Of a DNA stretch of 64,000 nt, positions 19,671 to 28,486 are shown piece after piece. The first letter of the stretch is position 1; the number at the start of each line of letters is the position of its first letter. The notes below the pieces were generated by a model. The model did not search any database. It was given only the letters and a program-made list of their open reading frames with translations, and was not told where the DNA came from. This DNA comes from Candidatus Omnitrophota bacterium (GTDB lineage: Bacteria; Omnitrophota; Gorgyraeia; 2-01-FULL-45-10), in NCBI GenBank assembly GCA_018823705.1, contig JAHJHP010000031.1, positions 1,982-65,981 on the forward strand. Reading direction: 5' to 3'. The position numbers and the translations under genes are program-made.

Positions 19671-20107
19671 TTACCATAAGAGGCAAGAAAGATTATCTGG
19701 TGGCGCTCGAGTCCGTCGCGATGACGGACATAGTCATGAACATGTTTATATTCTTCTTCATCTCGTTCAGCCTGATATACACGTTCAATCCTGTAAAGAT
19801 GTCGAAGATTGAAGTGAGGCTTCCGAAAGCTTCCTCCGCCATAGCGCTGGAAGGTTCCGAGAGGTTGACCTTTGTAATCAATAAAGAAGGAAGTTATTTT
19901 ATAAACGAGGAAGAGGTCAGGCCTTCCGGCATAAAGGCAGCCCTTGAGGCGAAATTGAAAGAAAACGCGGCCTTGAGTGTTATCCTGAAGGTCGATGGTT
20001 CCGCTAAGTTCGATAATGTCGTAAAGGCGCTCGATATCATAAACGAACTGAACATACAGAAGATCAGTATAGCGTCTGTCAAGAATGACGAGGGGGCAAT
20101 CCAATGA
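19667..20107 (+). CDS. exbD: ExbD/TolR biopolymer transport protein
   Basis: Single TM (MTDIVMNMFIFFFISFSL) plus periplasmic domain. 4-bp overlap with exbB. Confidence 0.85.
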   Translation: MITIRGKKDYLVALESVAMTDIVMNMFIFFFISFSLIYTFNPVKMSKIEVRLPKASSAIALEGSERLTFVINKEGSYFINEEEVRPSGIKAALEAKLKENAALSVILKVDGSAKFDNVVKALDIINELNIQKISIASVKNDEGAIQ

Positions 20108-20748
20108 ATGTGATGATAATAGGATGCGGCAGGGTCGGTTCGCAGCTTGCTTTATTGCTGGCTCAGGAAGGCCATAACGTTACGATAATAGATAAAAATC
20201 CGGAAGCTTTTAAGAATCTGGGCGGGACATTTAACGGTATAGCGGCTACCGGCACCGGGTTCGATGAGAAACTTCTCGATGAGCTGAAGATAAACAAGCA
20301 GGACGCTTTCATATCGGTCACCAGCGGTGACAATACCAACCTGATGGCAAGCCAGATAGCCAAGAAGATGTTTAAGGTCCCCAGGGTGATAGCCCGCGTG
20401 TACGATCCGAAGAGAGCGGATATCTACAGAAAACTCGGGCTCGACGTTATAAGCGGGACAACGCTTGTGGCGGCCATGATAAGAGACAAGATAATAGAGA
20501 ACCGTTTTACGAGTTATCTTGTTGAAACTGGCGAGCTTGGCGTTATCGAGATTGTGGTAAACGGAGCTCTTAAAGATAAGAGAGTCAGCGAAATAAATAT
20601 CCCCGATGAATTTCTCGTTACCGTAATAGAGAGAAAGAAGAGGGTTATCATACCGCAGCCGGATGCCAGGCTCGAGATCGACGATAAGGTGATGGGTGTC
20701 GTCAGGACTTCCAGTTTAAAGAAAGTCAAAGAGAAATTTAAGCTATAG
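20104..20748 (+). CDS. TrkA/KtrA-type RCK (K+ uptake regulatory) protein, half-size
   Basis: MIIGCGRVGSQLALLL Rossmann RCK-N domain plus RCK-C domain. Confidence 0.85.
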   Translation: MNVMIIGCGRVGSQLALLLAQEGHNVTIIDKNPEAFKNLGGTFNGIAATGTGFDEKLLDELKINKQDAFISVTSGDNTNLMASQIAKKMFKVPRVIARVYDPKRADIYRKLGLDVISGTTLVAAMIRDKIIENRFTSYLVETGELGVIEIVVNGALKDKRVSEINIPDEFLVTVIERKKRVIIPQPDARLEIDDKVMGVVRTSSLKKVKEKFKL

Positions 20749-20781
20749 AAGTTCTTTGGATTAATCTTTAGGAGAAGCCAT

Positions 20782-21447
20782 ATGAATATAGTCATAGTAG
20801 GCGCAGGCAGGATAGGATTTAATCTGGCCCAGAAGCTTATTCAGGATAAGCACACCGTTACCATGATAGAAAAAGACAAGGTGAAGTGCGAAGGCATATC
20901 CATGTCACTGAATGCGTTTGTGATTAACGGTGACGGGTGTGAGGCAAGGTTCCTGGAAGATGCCGAGGTCGGCCGCGCGGATGTTGTGGCAGCCGTTACG
21001 GCGGATGATGAGGATAATCTTGTCATATGCCAGCTCGCTAAAGAAGTCTTCGGCGTCAGACGTACCGTGGCCAGAGTCAACAATCCGAAAAACGAACATA
21101 TATTTACTGAGCTCGGAGTCGATGTTCCGGTCAATGCTACAAAGATAATAGCCAAGATCATTGAGGAAGAGGTCTCTTTTGAGGATTTTATAAATCTGAT
21201 GACTTTCAAGCGCGGCAAACTGGCCCTGGTAAGGGTGGACCTCTCATCAGACTCGCCGATAATAAATAAGTACGTAAAAGATATAATATTGCCCGAGAAT
21301 TCGGTCTTCGTTACGATAGTAAGGGGAGCGCAGATAATCGTTCCAAAGGGTGATACGGTGCTTCAGAAAGGCGACGATGTAGTAGCTCTTACAGCCATAG
21401 AGAACGAACAGGCCCTGTTGGACCTGATGATAGGCAAAGTAGAATGA
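20782..21447 (+). CDS. second TrkA/KtrA-type RCK protein
   Basis: IVIVGAGRIGFNLAQKL RCK-N domain plus RCK-C domain. Confidence 0.85.
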   Translation: MNIVIVGAGRIGFNLAQKLIQDKHTVTMIEKDKVKCEGISMSLNAFVINGDGCEARFLEDAEVGRADVVAAVTADDEDNLVICQLAKEVFGVRRTVARVNNPKNEHIFTELGVDVPVNATKIIAKIIEEEVSFEDFINLMTFKRGKLALVRVDLSSDSPIINKYVKDIILPENSVFVTIVRGAQIIVPKGDTVLQKGDDVVALTAIENEQALLDLMIGKVE

Positions 21448-21583
21448 TAACCTTGATCAAGGCAAGATTAGTCATTAAGAACATCTGGAACGGTATCTTC
21501 GGCATAGCCTCCGAGATATCCCTGGCATTCCTTTTTATCGCCGCGGGATTTGTGGTCTGTTTTTTCTGGTGGAGTTTTTTTAA

Positions 21584-23089
21584 ATGATCCTGAAGCCGAC
21601 ATCTGAAGATTACAAGGTCATAGGCTATTATCTGGGAAAGATAATCATAGGCCTGGGATTATTGATGATGATCCCCCTCGTCATAGCCGCAGCTTATTCG
21701 GAGCTCGAACCCGTCGTAGACTATCTTTTGAGCATATCGGTTGCGCTATTTTTGGGAGTATTGCTTACCGGAGCTTGCCATACGAATAAGGATATCGCCG
21801 CAGGAAATGCCATGTGTATTGCAGCTCTCTCGTGGCTCGTCGCGATGGTCATATCCGCGATCCCTCTTTACCTTAGCGGCCATTACGCCTCGTATCTTGA
21901 CGCATGTTTTGAGACGATGAGCGGTTTCGCCACGACGGGGCTCTCTTTGACCAACGATATGGACAGTATGGCCCATGCTCACATTTTTTGGCGCCATTTT
22001 ACAATGTTCATCGGAGGACAGGGTATAGTGGTGATAGCCCTTACCTTCCTCTTTAGGGGCACTGCCGGAGCATTCAGGATATATATCGGCGAAGCGCGCG
22101 ACGAGAAGATATTACCGAACGTCATACACACGGCGCGTTTTATATGGCTCGTTAGCATCGTATATATGGTGCTTGGCACAATAGCTCTTTCGGCCTCCGC
22201 CATTATTGGAGGGCTATCTCCCGGCAAAGCCATATTCGATTCAGTCTGTATATTCATGGCGGCCTGGGATACCGGGGGTTTCACTCCACAGTCGCAAAGT
22301 ATACTTTTTTACCATAATCTTTCCTTTGAAATTATAACGGTAGTCATAATGCTGCTCGGTTCAATGAACTTTGCGCTTCATTACGTCGTATGGACGGGCA
22401 ATAGGAGAGAGTTGTATAAAAATATAGAGGTAATCACGCTCTTTATAAGCGTCGTTGTGACACTGTCCATAACCGCAGTGGGATTTTTCGGCCACGATAT
22501 TTACGGCGGTGCGGCGGCGTTCTTCAGGAAGGTCTTTTATCAGCTCATATCAGGCCATACAGGGACGGGCTATTCTACGATATACCCCGGGCAATTCGTA
22601 AATGAATGGGGGCCTCTGGCTATGCTGGGAGTGACTATAGCGATGGCGATAGGCGGATGCATGTGTTCGACCACAGGCGCCATTAAAGTCCTGCGGCTCG
22701 GGATACTATACAAAGCTTTACGGCAGGATATAAAGAAGGTACTGCTCCCCGAAAGCGCCGTAGTCGTGCAGAAATTTCATCACATAAAAGACGTTATTCT
22801 CGAGAATAAGCATGTCAGGATGTCGGCTATCATTCTGCTCTCTTACCTGGGGCTTTATATGCTGGGTACCGTGGTAGCGATGTTATGCGGTTATTCCTTA
22901 AGCGAAGCCGCGTTCGAATCAGTATCGGCTGCCGCCAACGTCGGATTATCCTGTGGTATAACCAAGCCGTCAATGCCGTTGGTTCTCAAGATTACGTATA
23001 TGTTCCAGATGTGGGCGGGAAGACTCGAATTCATCGCGATATTTGCCCTTGGCGGCATGATCGTCGCGGCGTTGAAAGGCAAGAGATGA
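21584..23089 (+). CDS. trkH: TrkH/KtrB family potassium transporter
   Basis: 501 aa polytopic protein with repeated MPM pore-loop motifs (TMSGFATTG, GGCMCSTTGAIKVLR). Confidence 0.85.
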   Translation: MILKPTSEDYKVIGYYLGKIIIGLGLLMMIPLVIAAAYSELEPVVDYLLSISVALFLGVLLTGACHTNKDIAAGNAMCIAALSWLVAMVISAIPLYLSGHYASYLDACFETMSGFATTGLSLTNDMDSMAHAHIFWRHFTMFIGGQGIVVIALTFLFRGTAGAFRIYIGEARDEKILPNVIHTARFIWLVSIVYMVLGTIALSASAIIGGLSPGKAIFDSVCIFMAAWDTGGFTPQSQSILFYHNLSFEIITVVIMLLGSMNFALHYVVWTGNRRELYKNIEVITLFISVVVTLSITAVGFFGHDIYGGAAAFFRKVFYQLISGHTGTGYSTIYPGQFVNEWGPLAMLGVTIAMAIGGCMCSTTGAIKVLRLGILYKALRQDIKKVLLPESAVVVQKFHHIKDVILENKHVRMSAIILLSYLGLYMLGTVVAMLCGYSLSEAAFESVSAAANVGLSCGITKPSMPLVLKITYMFQMWAGRLEFIAIFALGGMIVAALKGKR

Positions 23090-23571
23090 AGAATCTGTAT
23101 GTCCTGATCATCGCGCTCGTTATGATAGCGTTGCCGCGCCCGGATGTCTACGCGGAAGTGAAGCCTATTACCAGTATAGAGCTTATAAGAGACGCCAATA
23201 GTCTCGATGGTAGCGTTATTACGTATAAAGGAGAGATAGTAGCGGCCATTATGAAGCGGGGAGACCATTCCTGGGTGAATCTGAACGACGGTTATAAGGC
23301 CATCGGGGTATGGTGCAAAACAAGCTCTCTCAGCGACGTAAAGACGCTGGGTGATTATAAGAACGAAGGCGATATACTGGAAGTAACGGGCGTATTTCAC
23401 AGGGCCTGTCCGGAGCATGGCGGTGAATTGGATATACACGCCGAAGCCCTGAGAATAGAGGCCCTGGGGTTTCCTGTGGAAGAACGCGTCTCCATGCGGA
23501 GAGTCAATATCTCCATAGCGTTCTTTATAATGGCTCTCTTAGCCATATTCATGCTTAGAAAAAGGTTATAA
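23086..23571 (+). CDS. hypothetical secreted protein with C-terminal TM anchor
   Basis: ATG overlaps the trkH stop. Signal peptide at N-terminus and hydrophobic C-terminus. The track ORF 22885..23571 is an upstream in-frame extension. Confidence 0.45.
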   Translation: MKNLYVLIIALVMIALPRPDVYAEVKPITSIELIRDANSLDGSVITYKGEIVAAIMKRGDHSWVNLNDGYKAIGVWCKTSSLSDVKTLGDYKNEGDILEVTGVFHRACPEHGGELDIHAEALRIEALGFPVEERVSMRRVNISIAFFIMALLAIFMLRKRL

Positions 23572-23579
23572 AACAGCAT

Positions 23580-24908
23580 ATGATAACTAATCTGAACGAG
23601 GCGAGAGCGATTGCCGCGGAGATGTTCATAAATTTCTCCGATCTTTTGAAGAAGGACGTCATTGCTTTTGACGGAGCATACATAGGAAAGGTTTGGGACG
23701 TATCTTCCAAGCTGGGCGAGATCTATCCTAAAGCCGAGGAGCTCATAATATATAAGGGAACAGTCAACCGTCTTTATGCGAGCGTTCCCTGGCCTGAGGT
23801 AGGGCAGGTGGCGGATGAAATAGTGCTGAATATCAAAAAAGACGATCTGAAGTTTTCATCCGAAATAAAAGATAGCGAGCTCATGCTCAGACGCGATGTC
23901 CTGGATCAGCAGGTAGTGGATACATTTAACCACAACGTGCGCCGTGTCAATGACGTACAGCTGCTGAAGGTCGATCATGATCTCGTTATTGCGCATGTCG
24001 ATATAGGTTTAAGCGGATTATTCAGAAGGCTTGGCTGGGACAAGTTCATAGGCCTTCTTATGAAGCTGGTATCTAAAGATTCATGGCGTTCTAAATCCAA
24101 GGATCTCATTTCCTGGAAATATGTGCAGCCCGTCACTATAAATCCCGCCAGCATGAAAATGAAGTTATCTGTGTCGGAAAAACAGCTCCTCTCCATCCCT
24201 CCGGCAGATCTCGGCGATATCATATTTGACCTTAACCCAAACCAGAGGATGGCGCTATTCAGGGTCCTCGATATAATGACCAAGGCAAAGATATTTGAGA
24301 ACCTGGAATTTGACGAACAGAATTTAATACTTAAGGAGCTCGACAAGAAAGAGGCGGCCCAGATAGTGGGCACTATGTCGACAGACGAAGCTACAGACCT
24401 GCTCGAGAGGCTCTCTCCCAGGACCGTAAATAACCTGCTGCCGCTCATCGAATCGTCGCGGGCGAAGAAGTTATCGACGCTCCTGGGATATTCAGGCGAT
24501 TCGGCAGGCGGCCTGATGACGACAGAATTTGTATCTCTTCCTGAAATGACCCTGGTCGAGGGAGCCATTATGTACATAAAGACCAATACAAAAAATTATG
24601 ACACGGTGCCGTACATATACATCGTAGACGACAAAAACCACCTGAAAGGCGTCACTACTATCAGGAGGCTCTTATTCGCGGATCCTAAAGACCCAATTTC
24701 TAAAACGGCTTTTCAGCAGACCCTTCACGTTTACCTGAATAACAGCGCTAAAGAGATAGCGTACTTCATGGATAAGTACAAAGTATCGGCCATACCGGTC
24801 ATAGACGAGAATAAAGTGATGCAAGGCATCATCACGATCGATGATATATTGAGTCAGGTCATAGCTATTGCGTGGAGAAAGAGACCGCGGACGCCTAAGG
24901 GATTGTAA
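23580..24908 (+). CDS. soluble MgtE-N-domain plus CBS-pair protein (no transmembrane domain)
   Basis: MgtE N-terminal-domain-like region (DEATDLLERLSPRTVNNLLPLIESSRAKKLSTLLGY) followed by two CBS motifs. No hydrophobic helices. Confidence 0.6.
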   Translation: MITNLNEARAIAAEMFINFSDLLKKDVIAFDGAYIGKVWDVSSKLGEIYPKAEELIIYKGTVNRLYASVPWPEVGQVADEIVLNIKKDDLKFSSEIKDSELMLRRDVLDQQVVDTFNHNVRRVNDVQLLKVDHDLVIAHVDIGLSGLFRRLGWDKFIGLLMKLVSKDSWRSKSKDLISWKYVQPVTINPASMKMKLSVSEKQLLSIPPADLGDIIFDLNPNQRMALFRVLDIMTKAKIFENLEFDEQNLILKELDKKEAAQIVGTMSTDEATDLLERLSPRTVNNLLPLIESSRAKKLSTLLGYSGDSAGGLMTTEFVSLPEMTLVEGAIMYIKTNTKNYDTVPYIYIVDDKNHLKGVTTIRRLLFADPKDPISKTAFQQTLHVYLNNSAKEIAYFMDKYKVSAIPVIDENKVMQGIITIDDILSQVIAIAWRKRPRTPKGL

Positions 24909-24917
24909 GGGAAACGT

Positions 24918-26171
24918 ATGAATAGCAGCGATGCGGTAAAAAAACCTTCTTCATGGAAGAGCCTTCTCATATTCCTGAGCGTGATGGGCCCCGGTATAAT
25001 TACCGCGAACGTTGATAATGACGCCGGAGGTATAGCGACATATTCCGTAGCCGGCGCGCATTTCGGATATTCGCTGCTGTGGATATTCATTCCGATGACG
25101 GTTGCCCTTATAGTCATTCAGGAGATGTGCTCCAGGATGGGCGTAGTAACGGGCAAGGGCCTGGCGGACCTGATCAGGGAAAAGTTCGGAGTGAAGGTGA
25201 CGTTCTACGCCATGCTTGTATTGATATTTTCCAACCTGACCAATACGATAAGCGAATTCTCCGGCATCGCTGCAAGCTGTGAAATATTCGGTATATCCAA
25301 ATATGTATCGGTCCCGATGGCGGCCATATTTGTCTGGTGGGTAGTCGTGAAGGGGACATACAAATCGGTCGAGAAGGTATTTCTCGGAGCCTGCCTGTTT
25401 TATCTCGCGTATGTTATTACCGGATTCCGGGTTGAGCCTTCATGGGGTGAGGTTTTGAAAGAGACGATAACGCCTTCATTTCATTTTAATAAAGCCTTTA
25501 TCCTCATGGTGATGGGTGTCGTAGGTACGACTATAGCCCCTTGGATGCAGTTCTATCAGCAGTCTTCGGTAGTGGAAAAAGGTATAAGCGTAAAAGACTA
25601 CAAATATGCCAGGCTGGACGTGATCATCGGAGGCGTACTTGTAAGCATCATAGCGATGTTCATCATGATATCGTGCGCCGCTACGCTCTTTAAGAGCGGT
25701 ATCAGGATAGAGTCCGCCAAGGACGCCGCGCTTGCGCTGGAGCCCCTCGCCGGCCGTTACTGCTCAAAACTATTTGCGTTCGGGCTCCTGAACGCCTCGG
25801 TATTTGCCGCGATGATACTGCCGCTCGCGACCGCGTACTCCGTATGCGAGGGGCTCGGCTGGGAGAACGGAGTCGATAAACGTTTTAAGGACGCGCCCCA
25901 GTTTTACTTCCTCTTTACCGCGCTGATTATAATAGGCGCAGGTTTCATAATGTTCCCGAATATAAATCTTATAATGGTCATGCTCTTATCTCAGGCGGCA
26001 AATTCCGTGTTTCTGCCGTTCGTCCTTGTATTCATGCTGCTTCTCATAAATGATAAGCGGCTGATGGGCGAGCACAGGAACTCCAGATTTTTTAATATAG
26101 TATCGTGGGCGACGGTTGTCGTAACGGTCTCCCTGACATTAGGTCTTACGATCACCATGTTTCTGGGGTAA
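24918..26171 (+). CDS. NRAMP/SLC11-family transporter with non-canonical metal-binding site (possible Mg2+-type NRAMP-related transporter)
   Basis: NRAMP TM1/TM6 architecture is recognisable. The DPGN motif is replaced by VDNDAGG and the MPH motif by APW. Confidence 0.7.
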   Translation: MNSSDAVKKPSSWKSLLIFLSVMGPGIITANVDNDAGGIATYSVAGAHFGYSLLWIFIPMTVALIVIQEMCSRMGVVTGKGLADLIREKFGVKVTFYAMLVLIFSNLTNTISEFSGIAASCEIFGISKYVSVPMAAIFVWWVVVKGTYKSVEKVFLGACLFYLAYVITGFRVEPSWGEVLKETITPSFHFNKAFILMVMGVVGTTIAPWMQFYQQSSVVEKGISVKDYKYARLDVIIGGVLVSIIAMFIMISCAATLFKSGIRIESAKDAALALEPLAGRYCSKLFAFGLLNASVFAAMILPLATAYSVCEGLGWENGVDKRFKDAPQFYFLFTALIIIGAGFIMFPNINLIMVMLLSQAANSVFLPFVLVFMLLLINDKRLMGEHRNSRFFNIVSWATVVVTVSLTLGLTITMFLG

Positions 26172-26188
26172 TAATAAAGAAAGGACAT

Positions 26189-26782
26189 ATGAAGATAAGG
26201 CATTATTTCGCGACAGGGTTCCTGATATCATTACCGGTATTCATAACGCTCTATTTAATTTTTATAATATTCCGTTTCATCGACGGGATATTCGGCAAGG
26301 TGATCAATTTTTATATAATGCGGTATCTGGGTTTCACGATACCCGGCGTCGGTATTATAATAAGCCTCATCATAGTATTCGCGGTAGGATTTACCGCCGC
26401 CAACTTCTTTGGCAAGAGGATAATGCACGCTCTCGAAGGCTGGTTTTTAAAGTTTCCGTTCATCCGCCAGATATATCCGGCCGCAAAACAGATAGTCGAC
26501 TCTTTCATCTCCAAAGATAGTCCGGCTTTTAAGAAAGTGGTATTGGTGCAGTATCCGTCAAAAGGGGTCTGGGCGGTAGGATTTCTTACGAATGAGAGTT
26601 TTAAAGAAGCAAATGAGAAGGCGGGCCGGGAACTTCTACACGTATTTATAGCCACAACGCCGAGCCCGTTTACAGGTTATCTTGCGCTCATTCCGAAAGA
26701 GGATGTCCGGTATCTTGACATGTCGATAGAGGAAGGGATAAAGCTTATCGTCTCGGGAGGCATCGTAAAGCCCGCCATGTAG
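26189..26782 (+). CDS. DUF502 family membrane protein
   Basis: Two N-terminal TM helices and a conserved FTGYLALIPKEDV C-terminal region. Start chosen at the ATG after RBS aaggacat. Confidence 0.55.
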   Translation: MKIRHYFATGFLISLPVFITLYLIFIIFRFIDGIFGKVINFYIMRYLGFTIPGVGIIISLIIVFAVGFTAANFFGKRIMHALEGWFLKFPFIRQIYPAAKQIVDSFISKDSPAFKKVVLVQYPSKGVWAVGFLTNESFKEANEKAGRELLHVFIATTPSPFTGYLALIPKEDVRYLDMSIEEGIKLIVSGGIVKPAM

Positions 26783-26802
26783 GCGCGTTAGAAGCTATAA
26801 TC

Positions 26803-27831
26803 ATGAAAGAATTAATACAGACTATATTGATATTCTTCCTGCTGATGCTGTCCGCCATAACGGCCGCGGCGGAAATCTCCATAATATCCGCGGGCCGGCT
26901 CAGACTCAGGCGTCTGGCATCCGAAGGCTCCAGGCGCGCCGCGATCATCCTGAAGATACTTGAGACGCCGGAACGCTTCTTCAGCACTATCCTGGTATCG
27001 AACAACGTTGTCGATACATTGATAGCGGTCCTTATCACCGCTATCGTTATACGGTTTATGGGACAGGGCGGGTGGGAAGTCGTAACCTCCACAATCGTCG
27101 CGGCCTTACTCATAATAGTATTCGAAGTCACCGCCAAGACTATAGCGGCAAATTATTCCGAGCGGATGTCGTTATATCTCGCCCGGCCTATGAGATTATT
27201 GATAAAATTATTTTCTCCCCTTGTCATCGGTTTCGAAGTGATAATAAACGCGATCTTAAGGGTGATCAGGGCCAAGACGCTCGCAAAGGCGTCTCTGGTG
27301 ACTGACGAAGAGATAAGGGCTATGATCAAGATAGGCCAGGAAGAAGGGAGCCTGCAAAAAGAGAAGTACAGCATGATAACCAAGGTATACGCCCTTCATG
27401 ACGCTGTGGTCAAGACTGTGATGACACCCAGGAAAGATATATTTTCGATCAACGCGCTCGCCGGTATGGACGATATATTGGCGAGGGTGCTGGAATCCGG
27501 ATATTCCAGGATACCCGTGTATACGGATAGCCCCGATAATATATCCGGTATAATAAATATGAAGGATCTTCTGATGCTCTCATCGAATAGAGATCTCGTA
27601 GTCCTGCAGGATATTATCTACCCTCCCACGGTTGTAAACGAATCGAAGAAAGTCACCGAGCTTCTTAAGGAGTTCCAGAAGGGGCATACGCATATAGCGA
27701 TCGTAGTCGATAACCAGAACAAGGTTCAGGGTATCATCACCCTTGAAGACCTTGTCGAAGAGATCGTGGGTGAAATAGAGGACGAGTACGACGTGAGGGT
27801 CAATAATTACAAGGCCAGGCATATCGAATGA
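26803..27831 (+). CDS. CNNM/CorC-HlyC family protein (DUF21 transmembrane domain plus CBS pair); putative Mg2+/divalent-cation efflux
   Basis: DUF21 region ISIISAGRLRLRRLASEGS. Tandem CBS domains. Confidence 0.75.
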   Translation: MKELIQTILIFFLLMLSAITAAAEISIISAGRLRLRRLASEGSRRAAIILKILETPERFFSTILVSNNVVDTLIAVLITAIVIRFMGQGGWEVVTSTIVAALLIIVFEVTAKTIAANYSERMSLYLARPMRLLIKLFSPLVIGFEVIINAILRVIRAKTLAKASLVTDEEIRAMIKIGQEEGSLQKEKYSMITKVYALHDAVVKTVMTPRKDIFSINALAGMDDILARVLESGYSRIPVYTDSPDNISGIINMKDLLMLSSNRDLVVLQDIIYPPTVVNESKKVTELLKEFQKGHTHIAIVVDNQNKVQGIITLEDLVEEIVGEIEDEYDVRVNNYKARHIE

Positions 27832-28475
27832 AGCGGTACAGGATAGTATATGAAGACGGCCGGCTGATCGTTATCGATAAACCCTCGGGAATGCTTGTAA
27901 TCCCCACCCCGAAGAGAGAGACAAACACTCTTACGGATCTGGTCAATAAAGAGCTGGATGCGCGCGGCGTCGAGGTGAATGCTTACCCCTGTCACAGGCT
28001 GGACAGAGAGACTTCAGGGCTCGTCATATACGCGAAAGGTAAGTCTGCCCAGCATGCCATGATGGAAGAATTCCGCAAAAGGTCGGTTAAAAAGGTGTAT
28101 GTGGCGTTCGTAAACGGCATAGTGAAGAAAAGATTTGATACTATAAAGGATCCTATCTATAATAGGAATAAGCGGAAAACTGATGATGCGGTAACGAAAT
28201 ATACTGTACTGGAGAAGCATGCCGCGTTTACGGTAATAGAAGCCGAGCCGGTCACGGGCAGAACTAACCAGATACGTATACATATGAAGTCGATAGGCCA
28301 TCCGCTTGTGGGCGAGACGGTGTATGCTTTCAGGAAAGATTTTAAGCTGCGCTTTAAAAGAGCCGCGCTTCACGCGAAGCGCATAGAATTTAATCATCCG
28401 GTCACCGGCGAGAAGATGAGCTTCGAATCACCGCTTGCTGCCGATATGGTAAATTTTTTAAAAGGCACGGACTAA
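27828..28475 (+). CDS. RluA-family pseudouridine synthase
   Basis: HRLDRETSGLVIYAK catalytic Asp motif. Confidence 0.85.
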   Translation: MKRYRIVYEDGRLIVIDKPSGMLVIPTPKRETNTLTDLVNKELDARGVEVNAYPCHRLDRETSGLVIYAKGKSAQHAMMEEFRKRSVKKVYVAFVNGIVKKRFDTIKDPIYNRNKRKTDDAVTKYTVLEKHAAFTVIEAEPVTGRTNQIRIHMKSIGHPLVGETVYAFRKDFKLRFKRAALHAKRIEFNHPVTGEKMSFESPLAADMVNFLKGTD

Positions 28476-28486
28476 CCGGAGGATTT

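Noticed and set aside
22885-23085. Upstream 67-codon extension of the ORF at 22885..23571 overlapping the end of trkH
   Set aside because: The extension is in a different frame of the trkH 3' end and has no RBS. The internal ATG at 23086 overlaps the trkH stop (ATGA coupling) and precedes a clean signal peptide. Annotated the shorter form.
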